Part shown: positions 63,215 through 64,000 of the stretch, piece by piece
How positions within the stretch are numbered: the first letter of the stretch is position 1
How the letters are laid out: each line of letters starts with the position of its first letter
Assembly (NCBI GenBank): GCA_030704615.1
Contig: CM060731.1
Span: 25,420,001-25,484,000, forward strand
DNA length: 64,000 bases
Origin: Takakia lepidozioides
Taxonomy: Eukaryota > Plantae > Bryophyta
Direction: 5' to 3'
The notes under the pieces: generated by a model
The model's input: only the letters and a program-made list of their open reading frames with translations
Databases searched by the model: none
Told to the model about the DNA's origin: nothing
Program-made: the position numbers and the translations under genes

Positions 63215-63990
63215 TGATGATATTGACAACAGGTGCTCCTTTCAGGGAGTCCCTCAGTACTATTGACATGGCCTTGAATCCCTCCACAGGTCTGTGGATG
63301 CTTGGAACCATAAGGCAGCCTTTCTTTTGCCATTCATTTTGGGGACATGTTTGACGGTTGCTGCCCCAGGGAGGGGTCCCAGATAGCATTTAGCAGGGTA
63401 TTGAGTGAGTTCAATGGCTTTCAGGGGGGTCCTGCCTATCATATGCTAGGGAATCACTGTCTGTTGCCACGTGCTGAACTGAACCATTTGCTAGGCATTT
63501 TGCCTTCTTTGGATAGTCACAACTACTTTTCTTTCTGTCCCTACCCCGGGTTTCGAATTGTTGTCTTGGATGGCTATGATGTGAGTGCCCTGGGGTGGCC
63601 TGAGGGACACCTGCACACTGAAGCTGGCGTCAAATTACTTGAAACCAAGAACCCAAATGTTGAGAAGAATAGCCCAGAGGAGTCGAGAAAAGGTTTGTGA
63701 TGTCCAATGGGGGCATTGGACAGGGGCAGTTAGCCTGGTTTGACAGATGCTTGAGGAAGCCACTGATTGCCAAGAGAAAATTGCGTTTGCAACTGAATGC
63801 TGAGGCAGCGTCCCCTTCAACACTACCCTGGAATTGTGACGAGGTGATGGAGACAGTCCACAAGATAGAATGAACAAAAGAATGCGAATTTGGTGAAACT
63901 CGATACCTGGCATGAGGTTGTCCTTGCAAGGTACTGAGACTGGTCACTGGATACAATCATACAGGCCTTTCCGCATTGATTTTTACCGTT
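63215..63990 (+). pseudogene. ADPRM: Mn2+-dependent ADP-ribose/CDP-alcohol diphosphatase (metallophosphoesterase) pseudogene fragment
   Basis: SFQGVPQYY*, VDAWN, FAIHFGDMFDG, YHMLGNHCL, GFRIVVLDGYDVSALGWP, KNPNVEKNSP, RFVMSNGGIGQGQLAW, WNCDEV. N-terminal DxQY motif missing; stop and frameshifts present. Confidence 0.85.
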
Positions 63991-64000
63991 GTCCTTTGAT

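Noticed and set aside
62847-63389. 180-aa minus-strand ORF
   Set aside because: Antisense to the CR-like and ADPRM pseudogenes, with no motifs.

Overview
Eukaryotic land-plant DNA, most likely a moss or other bryophyte (inferred from a BRK1 close to the Physcomitrium protein as I recall it, intronless PLS-class PPR genes and a Tcn1/sushi-type gag). Intact host genes: a PLS-E-DYW PPR editing factor (1000-3300, -), BRK1 (22238-23578, -), a DHHC S-acyltransferase (39829-43765, -) and a UTR5-like nucleotide-sugar transporter (50359-57030, +). A paralogous PPR gene that breaks off in the E region lies at 47064-49181 (-). About 5-19 kb is a nested mobile-element island. Its most notable member is a decayed Ty3/gypsy element whose polyprotein carries a full-length DNMT3-like cytosine-5 methyltransferase domain between the protease and the RT, in the RT reading frame. 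That element is interrupted by a self-priming Tf1/sushi/Tcn1-type LTR element, followed by hairpin-bearing tandem repeats and three FCP1/NIF-like HAD phosphatase genes or fragments. The window also holds a near full-length degenerate L1/Tx1-type LINE, a CRE-like RLE retroelement relic, tRNA-derived SINEs, a MITE, a 172-bp tandem array, a pseudogenised Crinkler-like NTPase-REase gene and an ADPRM pseudogene fragment. All family assignments come from motif recognition by eye; no searches were run.
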